NCBI RefSeq assembly: GCF_003018255.1
Contig: NZ_CP027440.1
Reading direction: 5' to 3' (one strand)
Origin: Escherichia coli
Lineage (GTDB): Bacteria > Pseudomonadota > Gammaproteobacteria > Enterobacterales > Enterobacteriaceae
Length of the DNA: 64,000 bases
The notes under the pieces were generated by a model. It ran no database searches. It was not told where the DNA came from and saw only the letters and a program-made list of their open reading frames with translations. Shown piece after piece: positions 7,762-17,870 of this stretch. Position 1 is the first letter of the stretch. Every line of letters begins with the position of its first letter. The position numbers were made by a program, and so were the translations under genes.

Positions 7762-8691
7762 ATGGCAAACACTGCTGAGATATTCAATTTTCCAGTGCCG
7801 GATGCGGCACAAAAGGAGCCGCGCGTGGCAGATCTCGATGATGGTTATACGCGCATTGCAAATGAGTTGCTGGAAGCTGTGATGCTGGCCGGATTAACAC
7901 AGCACCAGCTTCTGGTCTTCCTGGCTGTCATGCGCAAAACATATGGCTTTAATAAAAAACTGGATTGGGTGAGCAACGAGCAACTGTCCGGATTGACCGG
8001 GATATTACCGCACAAGTGTTCTGCTGCAAAAAGTGTTCTGGTAAAGCGTGGGATTTTGATTCAGAGCGGGCGGAATATCGGTATTAATAATGTGGTCAGT
8101 GAATGGTCAACATTACCCGAATCAGGTAAGAAAAATAAAGTTTACCTGAAAGAGGTAAATTTACCTGAATCAGGTAAGAAAAGTTTACCCAAATCAGGTA
8201 AAGGCGTTTACCCGAATCAGGTAAACACAAAAGACAAACTAACAAAAGACAATATAAAACCTTTTTCGTCCGAGAATTCTGGCGAATCCTCTGACCAACC
8301 AGAAAACGATCTTCCTGTGGTGAAACCAGATGCTGCAATTCAGAGCGGCAGCAAGTGGGGGACAGCAGAAGACCTGACCGCCGCAGAGTGGATGTTTGAC
8401 ATGGTGAAGACCATCGCACCATCAGCCAGAAAACCGAATTTTGCAGGGTGGGCTAACGATATCCGCCTGATGCGTGAACGTGACGGACGTAACCACCGCG
8501 ACATGTGCGTGCTTTTCCGCTGGGCATGCCAGGACAACTTCTGGTCCGGTAACGTGCTAAGTCCGGCCAAACTCCGCGACAAGTGGACCCAACTCGAAAT
8601 CAACCGTAACAAGCAACAGGCAGGCATGATAGCCAGCAAACCAAAACTCGACCTGACAAACACTGACTGGATTTACGGGGTGGATTTATGA
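7762..8691 (+). CDS. O: replication initiator O (non-lambda N-terminal iteron-binding half, lambda-like C-terminal half)
   Basis: MANTAEIFNF...VADLDDGYTRIANELLEA aligns with the lambda O N-terminus. From SSENSGESSDQPENDL to ...DWIYGVDL it is near-identical to lambda O. GGAGG lies 5 nt before the ATG at 7762. The ORF track also allows 7672. Confidence 0.9.
   Translation: MANTAEIFNFPVPDAAQKEPRVADLDDGYTRIANELLEAVMLAGLTQHQLLVFLAVMRKTYGFNKKLDWVSNEQLSGLTGILPHKCSAAKSVLVKRGILIQSGRNIGINNVVSEWSTLPESGKKNKVYLKEVNLPESGKKSLPKSGKGVYPNQVNTKDKLTKDNIKPFSSENSGESSDQPENDLPVVKPDAAIQSGSKWGTAEDLTAAEWMFDMVKTIAPSARKPNFAGWANDIRLMRERDGRNHRDMCVLFRWACQDNFWSGNVLSPAKLRDKWTQLEINRNKQQAGMIASKPKLDLTNTDWIYGVDL
8113..8224 (+). 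repeat. origin iterons inside O
   Basis: TTACC(C/T)(G/A)AATCAGGTAA at 8113-8129, 8161-8177, 8185-8201 and 8208-8224, plus a degenerate copy at 8141-8159. An A/T-rich tract follows at 8225-8262. Confidence 0.8.
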
Positions 8692-9389
8692 AAAACATCG
8701 CCGCACAGATGGTTAACTTTGACCGTGAGCAGATGCGCCGGATCGCCAACAACATGCCGGAACAGTACGACGAAAAGCCGCAGGTACAACAGGTAGCGCA
8801 GATCATCAATGGTGTGTTCAGCCAGTTACTGGCAACTTTCCCGGCGAGCCTGGCTAACCGTGACCAGAATGAACTGAACGAAATCCGCCGCCAGTGGGTG
8901 CTGGCTTTCCGGGAAAACGGGATCACCACAATGGAACAGGTTAACGCTGGAATGCGCGTAGCCCGTCGGCAGAATCGACCATTCCTGCCATCACCCGGGC
9001 AGTTTGTCGCCTGGTGCCGGGAAGAAGCATCCGTTACCGCCGGGCTGCCAAACGCCAGCGAGCTGGTTGATATGGTTTACGAGTATTGCCGGAAGCGCGG
9101 GCTGTATCCGGATGCAGAGTCTTATCCGTGGAAATCAAACGCGCACTACTGGCTGGTTACCAACCTGTATCAGAACATGCGGGCCAATGCGTTGACTGAC
9201 GCGGAATTACGGCGCAAGGCTGCCGATGAACTGTCCTGTATGACCGCACGAATTAACCGTGGTGAGGCTATACCTGAACCAGTAAAACAACTTCCTGTCA
9301 TGGGCGGTAGACCTCTAAATCGTGCACAGGCTCTGGCGAAGATCGCAGAAATCAAAGCTAAGTTTGGGCTGAAAGGAGCAAGGGTATGA
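8688..9389 (+). CDS. P: replication protein P (DnaB loader)
   Basis: 233 aa, MKNIAAQMVNFDREQMRRIANNMPEQYDEKPQVQQVAQIINGVFSQLLATFPASLANRDQNE... Near-identical to lambda P. Confidence 0.95.
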   Translation: MKNIAAQMVNFDREQMRRIANNMPEQYDEKPQVQQVAQIINGVFSQLLATFPASLANRDQNELNEIRRQWVLAFRENGITTMEQVNAGMRVARRQNRPFLPSPGQFVAWCREEASVTAGLPNASELVDMVYEYCRKRGLYPDAESYPWKSNAHYWLVTNLYQNMRANALTDAELRRKAADELSCMTARINRGEAIPEPVKQLPVMGGRPLNRAQALAKIAEIKAKFGLKGARV

Positions 9390-9688
9390 CGGGCAAAGAG
9401 GCAATTATTCATTACCTGGGGACTCATAAGAAATTCTGTGCGCAGGACGTTGCCGCGGTAACAGGCGCAACGGTAACCAGCATAAATCAGGCTGCGGCTA
9501 AAATGGCACGGGCAGGTCTTCTGGTTATCGAAGGTAAGGTCTGGCGAACGGTGTATTACCGGTTTGCTACCAGAGAAGAACGGGAAGGAAAGGTGAGCAC
9601 GAATCTGATTTTTAAGGAGTGTCGCCAGAGTGCCGCGATGAAACGGGTATTGAGGGTATATAAAAGAACATCAATGGGTACACAATGA
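9386..9688 (+). CDS. ren: Ren (Rex exclusion escape protein)
   Basis: MTGKEAIIHYLGTH...AAKMARAGLLVIEGKVWRTVYYRFATREEREGK matches lambda Ren, with a divergent C-terminal tail. Confidence 0.88.
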   Translation: MTGKEAIIHYLGTHKKFCAQDVAAVTGATVTSINQAAAKMARAGLLVIEGKVWRTVYYRFATREEREGKVSTNLIFKECRQSAAMKRVLRVYKRTSMGTQ

Positions 9689-9755
9689 TGAAACAGGTGA
9701 GTTGAGTTCAAACTGTAGTACAATTCTCTCCAGTTTGAACAGGAAAGAATATTCT

Positions 9756-10088
9756 ATGAACCCTTATATTTATCTTGGTGGTGCAATACTTGCAGAGGTC
9801 ATTGGTACAACCTTAATGAAGTTTTCAGAAGGTTTTACACGGTTATGGCCATCTGTTGGTACAATTATTTGTTATTGTGCATCATTCTGGTTATTAGCTC
9901 AGACGCTGGCTTATATTCCTACAGGGATTGCTTATGCTATCTGGTCAGGAGTCGGTATTGTCCTGATTAGCTTACTGTCATGGGGATTTTTCGGCCAACG
10001 GCTGGACCTGCCAGCCATTATAGGCATGATGTTGATTTGTGCCGGTGTGTTGGTTATTAATTTATTGTCACGAAGCACACCACATTAA
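9756..10088 (+). CDS. emrE: small multidrug resistance transporter EmrE
   Basis: 110 aa, MNPYIYLGGAILAEVIGTTLMKFSEGFTRLWPSVGTIICYCASFWLLAQTLAYIPTGIAYAIWSGVG... matches remembered K-12 EmrE (DLP12 prophage). Confidence 0.95.
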   Translation: MNPYIYLGGAILAEVIGTTLMKFSEGFTRLWPSVGTIICYCASFWLLAQTLAYIPTGIAYAIWSGVGIVLISLLSWGFFGQRLDLPAIIGMMLICAGVLVINLLSRSTPH

Positions 10089-10342
10089 AATAATTTGTTT
10101 CTAAACGACTAAAATATGGAGGCTCTTATATTTATATGAGCCTCGTTTTATGCTTTTTGTTAATGTCTTTATTTTTTATGTATTCTTTTGTGCTTTCAAT
10201 ATTATGGCGTAAGAAAATTGCAATACGATTATTGTTGTATATTCAAGATAATGTGACCTTAATTGTCTTTTTAAATAAAAATTAAACAAAAATTATATCC
10301 CACCACTAAGGTTTATAAAAGCATACGTTAGCAGGTGTCACC

Positions 10343-11869
10343 ATGAAAAAAGCCATAGCATATATGCGATTTTCATCACCAGGTCAGATGTCTGGTGACT
10401 CATTAAACCGACAGAGAAGACTTATTGCTGAATGGTTAAAGGTAAATAGTGATTATTATCTTGATACCATAACATATGAAGATTTAGGATTAAGTGCATT
10501 CAAAGGAAAGCATGCACAATCAGGAGCTTTTTCGGAATTTTTAGATGCTATAGAGCATGGTTATATATTGCCAGGAACTACATTGTTAGTTGAAAGTCTG
10601 GACAGACTTTCAAGAGAAAAAGTCGGTGAAGCGATTGAACGTCTGAAATTGATTTTGAATCACGGTATTGATGTTATAACTCTTTGCGACAATACAGTCT
10701 ATAATATTGACTCTTTGAATGAGCCATATTCATTAATAAAAGCCATACTTATAGCACAAAGGGCAAATGAAGAAAGCGAGATAAAGTCAAGTCGGGTTAA
10801 ATTATCATGGAAGAAAAAACGGCAGGATGCACTGGAATCAGGTACGATTATGACGGCGTCTTGTCCGAGATGGCTCTCCTTAGATGACAAAAGAACGGCT
10901 TTTGTTCCAGACCCCGACAGGGTGAAAACTATTGAGCTAATTTTTAAACTCAGGATGGAAAGGCGCTCATTGAATGCAATAGCCAAGTATTTAAATGATC
11001 ATGCTGTAAAGAATTTCTCAGGAAAAGAAAGTGCATGGGGACCTTCTGTAATTGAAAAATTATTAGCGAATAAAGCTCTGATAGGTATATGCGTACCTTC
11101 ATATCGTGCAAGAGGGAAAGGGATAAGTGAAATCGCTGGCTATTATCCCAGAGTCATATCAGATGATTTGTTTTACGCTGTACAGGAAATTCGGTTGGCA
11201 CCTTTTGGTATTAGCAATAGTAGCAAGAATCCTATGCTAATAAATCTACTTCGAACAGTTATGAAGTGTGAGGCTTGTGGTAATACCATGATTGTTCATG
11301 CGGTATCTGGAAGTTTGCATGGCTATTATGTTTGTCCGATGAGAAGATTACATCGATGTGACAGGCCATCAATAAAAAGAGATTTGGTTGATTATAATAT
11401 CATTAATGAATTGCTTTTTAATTGTAGCAAAATTCAACCAGTTGAAAACAAGAAAGATGCTAATGAAACTTTAGAGTTAAAAATTATTGAGCTTCAGATG
11501 AAAATTAATAATTTAATCGTTGCATTGTCTGTCGCGCCTGAAGTTACCGCTATAGCAGAGAAAATAAGACTATTAGATAAGGAATTAAGAAGGGCTTCGG
11601 TATCATTGAAAACTTTGAAGAGTAAAGGTGTAAATTCATTCAGTGATTTTTATGCTATTGACTTAACCAGTAAAAATGGACGAGAGTTATGCCGTACACT
11701 TGCCTATAAAACATTCGAAAAAATCATAATTAATACGGATAATAAAACCTGTGATATCTATTTTATGAATGGCATTGTTTTTAAACACTATCCTTTAATG
11801 AAAGTAATATCCGCCCAGCAGGCGATAAGTGCTCTCAAATATATGGTTGATGGTGAGATTTATTTCTAA
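10343..11869 (+). CDS. ybcK: large serine recombinase (DLP12 YbcK-like)
   Basis: 508 aa. The N-terminal resolvase domain has AYMRFSSPGQ (catalytic Ser) and ...LLVESLDRLSR. A Cys-rich zinc-ribbon (CEACGN...CPMRRLHRC) and a coiled-coil tail follow. Same length as K-12 YbcK. Confidence 0.9.
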   Translation: MKKAIAYMRFSSPGQMSGDSLNRQRRLIAEWLKVNSDYYLDTITYEDLGLSAFKGKHAQSGAFSEFLDAIEHGYILPGTTLLVESLDRLSREKVGEAIERLKLILNHGIDVITLCDNTVYNIDSLNEPYSLIKAILIAQRANEESEIKSSRVKLSWKKKRQDALESGTIMTASCPRWLSLDDKRTAFVPDPDRVKTIELIFKLRMERRSLNAIAKYLNDHAVKNFSGKESAWGPSVIEKLLANKALIGICVPSYRARGKGISEIAGYYPRVISDDLFYAVQEIRLAPFGISNSSKNPMLINLLRTVMKCEACGNTMIVHAVSGSLHGYYVCPMRRLHRCDRPSIKRDLVDYNIINELLFNCSKIQPVENKKDANETLELKIIELQMKINNLIVALSVAPEVTAIAEKIRLLDKELRRASVSLKTLKSKGVNSFSDFYAIDLTSKNGRELCRTLAYKTFEKIIINTDNKTCDIYFMNGIVFKHYPLMKVISAQQAISALKYMVDGEIYF

Positions 11870-12333
11870 ATAATGATCTCGGATTTTAAGTTATGCTATG
11901 GTGATAAAGTGCAAGACAGAATTAATTATCTTTGACGAAACTTAATGGGTAATTACTTTGTTTGCTCCCACAAGCGAGTTTTGTACGGCTGTATTGGGGT
12001 AGTAAATGAGCTATACAATCTTAATCATTTGTTAGGTGAGAACTCTTGGTCGCAGATTCAAATACTGAAAATACGTGACAAATTATTATGAGCAAAATGG
12101 TGTATGTCACGTATTTTGAATGGTAGGTTAAAAAATAACACCGACTTTCGTAGGTATTACTAATAATAAAGCAGAGTTTTTAGATAGTATCAATGTGCTT
12201 TGTGTATATTGTGGCAAATAATTGGGTTGGGGGTACAATTGTGATTGCTTTTGCATAAACATTGCGCCTTTATGCATAATGAGATAAAGGAATATCAAAT
12301 AAAATAACGATAGGTCATAACAAAGAGGTTTTT

Positions 12334-12885
12334 ATGAAAACACTTATCGTTTCAACTGTATTGGCATTCATAACATTTTCTGCGCAGGCTGCAGCATTTC
12401 AGGTCACTAGTAATGAAATAAAAACAGGAGAGCAACTTACAACGTCTCATGTCTTTTCTGGATTTGGGTGTGAAGGTGGTAATACATCGCCCTCATTAAC
12501 CTGGTCTGGTGTTCCTGAAGGTACCAAAAGCTTTGCCGTAACTGTATATGATCCAGATGCACCTACAGGCAGTGGTTGGTGGCATTGGACTGTTGTTAAT
12601 ATTCCAGCAACAATAACATATTTGCCCGTTGATGCAGGGAGACGTGATGGAACAAAACTGCCGACTGGTGCTGTTCAAGGCCGAAATGATTTTGGCTATG
12701 CTGGGTTTGGTGGCGCATGTCCTCCTAAAGGAGATAAACCACATCATTACCAGTTTAAAGTATGGGCTCTAAAAACTGAAAAGATTCCTGTAGATTCTAA
12801 CTCCAGCGGAGCGTTAGTTGGTTATATGCTTAATGCTAATAAAATCGCAACCGCTGAGATAACACCAGTTTATGAGATAAAGTAG
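12334..12885 (+). CDS. ybcL: periplasmic PEBP/Raf-kinase-inhibitor-like protein
   Basis: 183 aa with a signal peptide (MKTLIVSTVLAFITFSAQAAAF) and DPDAP...HW / PPKGDKPHHY PEBP motifs. Matches K-12 YbcL in length and sequence, from memory. Confidence 0.9.
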   Translation: MKTLIVSTVLAFITFSAQAAAFQVTSNEIKTGEQLTTSHVFSGFGCEGGNTSPSLTWSGVPEGTKSFAVTVYDPDAPTGSGWWHWTVVNIPATITYLPVDAGRRDGTKLPTGAVQGRNDFGYAGFGGACPPKGDKPHHYQFKVWALKTEKIPVDSNSSGALVGYMLNANKIATAEITPVYEIK

Positions 12886-12894
12886 GGTGAGAGT

Positions 12895-13692
12895 ATGCTG
12901 GCAAGAGGTAAGACTAACTTAAAGATCGAAGAAATACGGATGCATAAACATCATGAGATTCATAGGGTTAAGCCTCTTATGCCAGCTTTGTGTCGTATCC
13001 GTCAGGGAAAGAAAGTTATCAATTGGGAGACGCATACTTTAACTGTTGATAATAATCAAATAATATTATTTCCTTGTGGTTATGAATTTTATATTGAGAA
13101 TTATCCTGAAGCAGGGCTTTATCTTGCAGAAATGCTTTACTTACCCATTGATTTAATTGAGAGTTTCCAAAAACTTTATACGGTAACTGATCAAATACGT
13201 AACAAAACAAGTTTCTTTTTACCTCAGAATCCTGAGTTAATATATTGTTGGGAGCAACTAAAAACATCTGTTTCCCGAGGCTTCTCAACTAAAATTCAGG
13301 AGCACTTAGCAATGGGCGTTCTACTTTCGTTAGGAGTGAATCATGTTAATCATTTACTTTTATCATATAGTAAACAATCATTGATAAGTCGTTGTTATAA
13401 CCTGCTGCTATCCGAACCCGGCACAAAATGGACAGCAAACAAGGTTGCTCGATATCTCTACATTTCTGTTTCTACATTACATCGCCGTCTAGCAAGCGAG
13501 GGGGTAAGTTTCCAAAGTATACTGGACGATGTGAGGTTAAATAATGCGTTGTCTGCTATACAAACGACGGTAAAACCTATAAGCGAGATTGCCAGAGAAA
13601 ATGGTTATAAGTGTCCTTCTCGTTTTACTGAAAGATTTCATAATCGTTTTAATATAACACCAAGAGAGATAAGAAAAGCTTCCAGAGAGTAA
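12895..13692 (+). CDS. ybcM: AraC-family transcriptional regulator
   Basis: 265 aa. C-terminal AraC double HTH ([21 protein letters not shown] ... [24 protein letters not shown]). Same length as K-12 YbcM. Confidence 0.85.
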
Positions 13693-13808
13693 AAGTGTTT
13701 TAAGAAGGAGCAATTCTATCGATTTTGATTTTGGGAAATCAACACGGCATAATTATGTCACCGGAGCCTGAACAACTCCGGTGACTTCTGCGCTAAACGG
13801 GGACGTTT

Positions 13809-13910
13809 ATGCGCACATACAATCCAAACTCTCTTCTCCCTTCACAGATGCAGAAATGCACCTGCAATTCTTTGCATCTAGCGTTTGACCTCTGCGGAGG
13901 TGAAGCGTGA
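13809..13910 (+). CDS. ylcH: 33-aa DLP12 YlcH-like peptide (below ORF-track cutoff)
   Basis: Hand translation [33 protein letters not shown]. Its stop overlaps the ybcN GTG start. Confidence 0.55.
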
Positions 13911-14362
13911 ACCTCTCACAAGACGGCATCAAATTACATCGCGGCAACTTCACCGCTATCGGTCGGCAGATCCAGCCTTATCTGGAGGAGGGCAAATGCT
14001 TTCGCATGGTGCTTAAACCGTGGCGTGAGAAACGCAGTCTTTCCCAGAATGCACTCAGCCACATGTGGTACAGCGAAATCAGTGAATACCTCATCAGCAG
14101 GGGTAAAACGTTCGCCACTCCAGCTTGGGTAAAAGATGCTCTCAAACACACATATCTCGGTTATGAAACCAAAGACCTGGTTGATGTCGTAACCGGTGAT
14201 ATCACCACTATCCAGTCGTTACGCCATACCTCCGATCTTGATACCGGAGAGATGTATGTCTTCCTGTGTAAGGTTGAAGCCTGGGCGGTGAATATTGGCT
14301 GCCACCTGACTATTCCGCAGAGCTGCGAGTTCCAGCTGCTCCGCGACAAGCAGGAGGCGTAA
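13907..14362 (+). CDS. ybcN: DLP12 YbcN-like protein (151 aa)
   Basis: Length and order (ylcH-ybcN-ninE-ybcO-rusA) match the K-12 DLP12 nin region. Confidence 0.8.
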
Positions 14363-14532
14363 TGGCTACACCGCTTATTCGTGTCATGAACGGACACATC
14401 TACAGAGTATCAAATCGTCGTAAGCGTAAGCCTGAGCTGAAGCCATCCGAAATACCAACACTGCTCGGATATACCGCTAGCCTGGTTGATAAAAAATGGT
14501 TGCGACTGGCAGCAAGGAGGAATCATGGCTGA
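14362..14532 (+). CDS. ninE: NinE
   Basis: Hand translation [56 protein letters not shown] (56 aa). TAATG overlap with ybcN. Confidence 0.8.
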   Translation: MATPLIRVMNGHIYRVSNRRKRKPELKPSEIPTLLGYTASLVDKKWLRLAARRNHG

Positions 14533-14815
14533 TTTGAGAAAAGCAGCGCGTGGTCGGGAATGCCAGGTAAGAATCCCTGGCGTATGTAATGGCAACCCTG
14601 AAACGTCTGTACTGGCACATATCCGGCTGACTGGATTGTGCGGCACCGGTACCAAACCGCCAGACCTGATTGCCACCATTGCATGTTCTGCCTGCCACGA
14701 CGAAATCGACCGCCGCACACATTTTGTCGATGCTGCATATGCAAAAGAATGCGCGCTGGAAGGTATGGCGAGAACACAGGTTATCTGGCTGAAAGAGGGG
14801 GTTATTAAGGCGTGA
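14525..14815 (+). CDS. ybcO: DLP12 YbcO-like putative nuclease (96 aa)
   Basis: [34 protein letters not shown]...[11 protein letters not shown], a Cys/His-rich protein. Same length as K-12 YbcO. Confidence 0.85.
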   Translation: MADLRKAARGRECQVRIPGVCNGNPETSVLAHIRLTGLCGTGTKPPDLIATIACSACHDEIDRRTHFVDAAYAKECALEGMARTQVIWLKEGVIKA

Positions 14816-15174
14816 ATACCTACAGTATCACATTACCATGGCCTCCGAGCAATAATCGCTATTACCGCCATAATCGCGGGCGCACGCACGTCAGTGCAGA
14901 GGGGCAGGCATACCGCGATAACGTCGCCCGAATCATTAAAAACGCAATGCTGGATATCGGCCTGGCTATGCCTGTGAAAATCCGCATTGAGTGCCACATG
15001 CCGGATCGCCGTCGCCGTGACCTGGATAATCTGCAAAAAGCCGCTTTTGACGCACTCACTAAAGCAGGTTTCTGGCTGGATGATGCTCAGGTCGTTGATT
15101 ACCGCGTTGTGAAGATGCCTGTTACCAAAGGTGGGAGGCTGGAACTGACCATCACCGAAATGGGGAATGAATGA
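14812..15174 (+). CDS. rusA: Holliday junction resolvase RusA
   Basis: 120 aa, [36 protein letters not shown]...[28 protein letters not shown] matches K-12 RusA. Confidence 0.95.
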   Translation: MNTYSITLPWPPSNNRYYRHNRGRTHVSAEGQAYRDNVARIIKNAMLDIGLAMPVKIRIECHMPDRRRRDLDNLQKAAFDALTKAGFWLDDAQVVDYRVVKMPVTKGGRLELTITEMGNE

Positions 15175-15311
15175 TGTTTGAGTTTAATATGGCAGAACTT
15201 CTTCGCCACCGCTGGGGGCGTCTGCGCTTATATCGTTTCCCCGGTTCTGTTTTGACCGATTACCGAATACTGAAGAATTACGCCAAAACCCTGACAGGAG
15301 CAGGAGTATGA
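15171..15311 (+). CDS. ylcG: 46-aa YlcG-like peptide
   Basis: Hand translation [46 protein letters not shown]. Overlaps the rusA stop. Confidence 0.55.
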   Translation: MMFEFNMAELLRHRWGRLRLYRFPGSVLTDYRILKNYAKTLTGAGV

Positions 15312-15396
15312 AGTCAGAGATAACAATCAACTAATACTGTTTTGTTGATTTTTGCTTGTAATTGGCGTTCTGGTCTGATTTTTGTGGAGTAAGTTG

Positions 15397-15780
15397 ATGC
15401 GTGATATTCAGATGGTTCTTGAGCGTTGGGGAGCGTGGGCGGCTAATAATCATGAAGATGTGACCTGGTCGTCCATTGCCGCCGGTTTTAAGGGATTAAT
15501 TCCTTCAAAAGTAAAATCTCGCCCGCAATGTTGTGACGATGACGCGATGATCATTTGCGGGTGCATGGCCCGTCTGAAAAAGAACAACAGCGATTTGCAC
15601 GATTTATTAGTAGATTATTATGTAGTCGGTATGACATTCATGTCACTGGCAGGTAAGCATTGCTGCTCTGATGGTTATATCGGGAAAAGGTTACAGAAGG
15701 CTGAGGGCATAATTGAAGGGATGTTAATGGCATTAGATATCCGGTTAGAGATGGATATCGTTGTTAATAACTCTAATTAA
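15397..15780 (+). CDS. quuD: late-gene antiterminator Q (QuuD-like)
   Basis: 127 aa, [36 protein letters not shown]... matches K-12 QuuD. It sits upstream of the lysis cassette. Confidence 0.9.
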   Translation: MRDIQMVLERWGAWAANNHEDVTWSSIAAGFKGLIPSKVKSRPQCCDDDAMIICGCMARLKKNNSDLHDLLVDYYVVGMTFMSLAGKHCCSDGYIGKRLQKAEGIIEGMLMALDIRLEMDIVVNNSN

Positions 15781-15919
15781 TATGCCAATTGTTTACTAAA
15801 AATTATTAAAAATGGGGCGTTGCAACGCCCCCAAAAATAAAGGGTAATATATAACAGAAGGTTTATATAGTTAGAAGCAAGGTTGTGCTCCTAAAGGAAG
15901 TGGCTTGAGGGAGCCACTT

Positions 15920-15958
15920 ATATGTTGGGGAGGCAAAGCCTCCCCAACATATCTTTTT
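15920..15958 (+). terminator. candidate tR' terminator downstream of Q/pR'
   Basis: 15-bp perfect stem ATATGTTGGGGAGGC-AAA-GCCTCCCCAACATAT followed by CTTTTTC on the plus strand. Confidence 0.5.
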
Positions 15959-15968
15959 CGTAATCAGA

Positions 15969-17066
15969 TTAGAACTGGTAAACCAGACCTACAGCAACGA
16001 TGTCATCAGTGCTTACACCGAGTGCTTTAGTGAAGTCATTTTTGTCAAGCAGGTTGATTTTGTAATCAACGAAAGTAGACATATTTTTGTTGAAGTAATA
16101 GGTTGCACCTACATCAACATATTTGACTAAGTCCTGATCGCCCCATACTCCAAGATCCTTACCTTTAGATTGCAGGTAAGCAACGGACGGACGCAGACCG
16201 AAATCGAACTGATATTGTGCAACAGCTTCGAAGTTTTGAGCTTTATTAGCAACGAAGTGATCAGCAAATACAGTCATATTCTGGGTTTCAGAATAGGTAG
16301 TGGCCAGGTAAATGTTGTTAGCGTCATATTTCAGACCTGCGGCCCAAACTTCTGCATTTTTACCGGAAGCAAATACTTCAGGAAGAACTTTCCCTGCATT
16401 AACTTGAGTGTCGGTACGATCAGATTTCGCATAAGTTGCACCGATACCGAACCCTTCGTATTCATAGGTAGCAGAGAAACCGAAGCCATCACCGTTACCT
16501 TCGGTGTAGTTATCGAAATCGCTACGATCGTTTTTGCCTTGGTACTGAGCAGCAAAGTTCAGACCATCAACCAGACCAAAGAAGTCGTTGTTACGATAGG
16601 TTGCAACACCAGTGGTGCGACCAGTCATGAACACATCTGTTTGGGTCCAGGTATCGCCACCGAATTCTGGCAGAACGTCAGTCCACGCACCGATGTCGTA
16701 TGCTACACCGTAGTTACGGCCGTAATCGATTGAGCCGTAGTCACCGAATTTCAGGCCTGCAAATGCAAGACGGGTTTTGTCTTTGGAGGAACCTTGAGAT
16801 TCAGCGCGGTTGCCTTTGAATTCATATTCCCACTGACCGAAACCAGTCAGCTGATCGTTGATTTGGGTTTCGCCTTTGAAGCCCAGACGAACATAAGTAG
16901 TATCACCATCATCTGCATCGTTAGAGGAAAAGTAGTGCTTGGCATTAACTTTCCCGTACAGATCCAGCTTGTTACTGTCTTTATTATAAATTTCAGCTGC
17001 CTGAGCAGACATCGCCATCAGTACTGATGCAGCTACAGCAGAAATTGCCACTGTTAATTTTTTCAT
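15969..17066 (-). CDS. nmpC: OmpC/OmpF-family general porin, intact
   Basis: 365 aa with a signal peptide ([23 protein letters not shown]), [17 protein letters not shown]..., and a C-terminal ...VAVGLVYQF beta-barrel signature. Same position as DLP12 nmpC. Confidence 0.92.
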   Translation of the reverse strand: MKKLTVAISAVAASVLMAMSAQAAEIYNKDSNKLDLYGKVNAKHYFSSNDADDGDTTYVRLGFKGETQINDQLTGFGQWEYEFKGNRAESQGSSKDKTRLAFAGLKFGDYGSIDYGRNYGVAYDIGAWTDVLPEFGGDTWTQTDVFMTGRTTGVATYRNNDFFGLVDGLNFAAQYQGKNDRSDFDNYTEGNGDGFGFSATYEYEGFGIGATYAKSDRTDTQVNAGKVLPEVFASGKNAEVWAAGLKYDANNIYLATTYSETQNMTVFADHFVANKAQNFEAVAQYQFDFGLRPSVAYLQSKGKDLGVWGDQDLVKYVDVGATYYFNKNMSTFVDYKINLLDKNDFTKALGVSTDDIVAVGLVYQF

Positions 17067-17654
17067 CGTGAGCCCTTTTTTTTGAACTATTATTAAAAAA
17101 TGATGTCACTGCGCGATAAATATTCATCTAATCAATGTGATTATTTCAAGATGTAAGTTTTAGTTTCTCATTTAATTTGTGAAGTAGATCTCTATTTTTA
17201 TCTGAACTTTTTCTATCGAAACCTATTTATGGCTCTTATTTGAACAAAAATAAACCTATTAGCTAATTTATATTAATGGCTGTTATTTATGGGGGTTCTA
17301 TAATTCGGTGGTTTAATTTAAATTAACTAAAAATAACGCCGGAAATTATTTATTGGTTATTTGTTGAGATTTTCTTATGTATTTGTGGTGGTGTTTTGAA
17401 CACTCGGTAGCATTCTCATAAATATCATTCAGTGGTTTACGTACGTAAAAAATTGGTTATGCTGTTAAGAGTGGTTACTTCGTCACACAGCTTAAACCCG
17501 CCGTCGAGCTGGTTTTTCCATTTTTTGAGTCTCGATATTAGCTGATAACTCAATACCTGAGTTATTCACTGACTCCGAGTCTGTTACGTTTCTGCTTTTT
17601 TGCGATACGTTGTATTCCCTCAATTTACACCCGCTTTGTCTGCGAGGTGGGGTT

Positions 17655-17870
17655 ATGAAATCCATGGATAAGTTAACAACGGGTGTCGCCTATGGCACCT
17701 CAGCAGGTAGTGCCGGTTACTGGTTTTTACAGCTGCTCGATAAAGTCACGCCCTCACAGTGGGCAGCAATAGGTGTGCTGGGTAGCCTGGTATTTGGCCT
17801 GCTGACGTACCTGACAAACCTTTATTTCAAGATTAAAGAAGATAAGCGCAAGGCTGCGAGAGGTGAATAA
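17655..17870 (+). CDS. essD: class II pinholin (S21/EssD type)
   Basis: 71 aa, [71 protein letters not shown]. Dual-start MKSM motif, two TM segments. Matches phage 21 S / K-12 EssD. Confidence 0.9.

Noticed and set aside
8113-8224. Regularly spaced 17-bp repeats that could be mistaken for a small CRISPR array.
   Set aside because: The repeats are too short, the spacers are only 6-31 bp, and they lie in frame inside the O gene next to an A/T-rich tract. This is the classical lambdoid ori iteron arrangement.
9706-9740. Perfect 10-bp-stem hairpin just upstream of emrE, considered as a guanidine-type riboswitch because SMR transporters are often riboswitch-controlled.
   Set aside because: The loop lacks the ACGR motif of guanidine-II. 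There is only one hairpin and no ykkC-like conserved core. It is retained only as a possible module border or recombinase site.
16170-16733. 187-aa ORF antisense to nmpC.
   Set aside because: It is nested in a well-supported porin gene and has no independent features.
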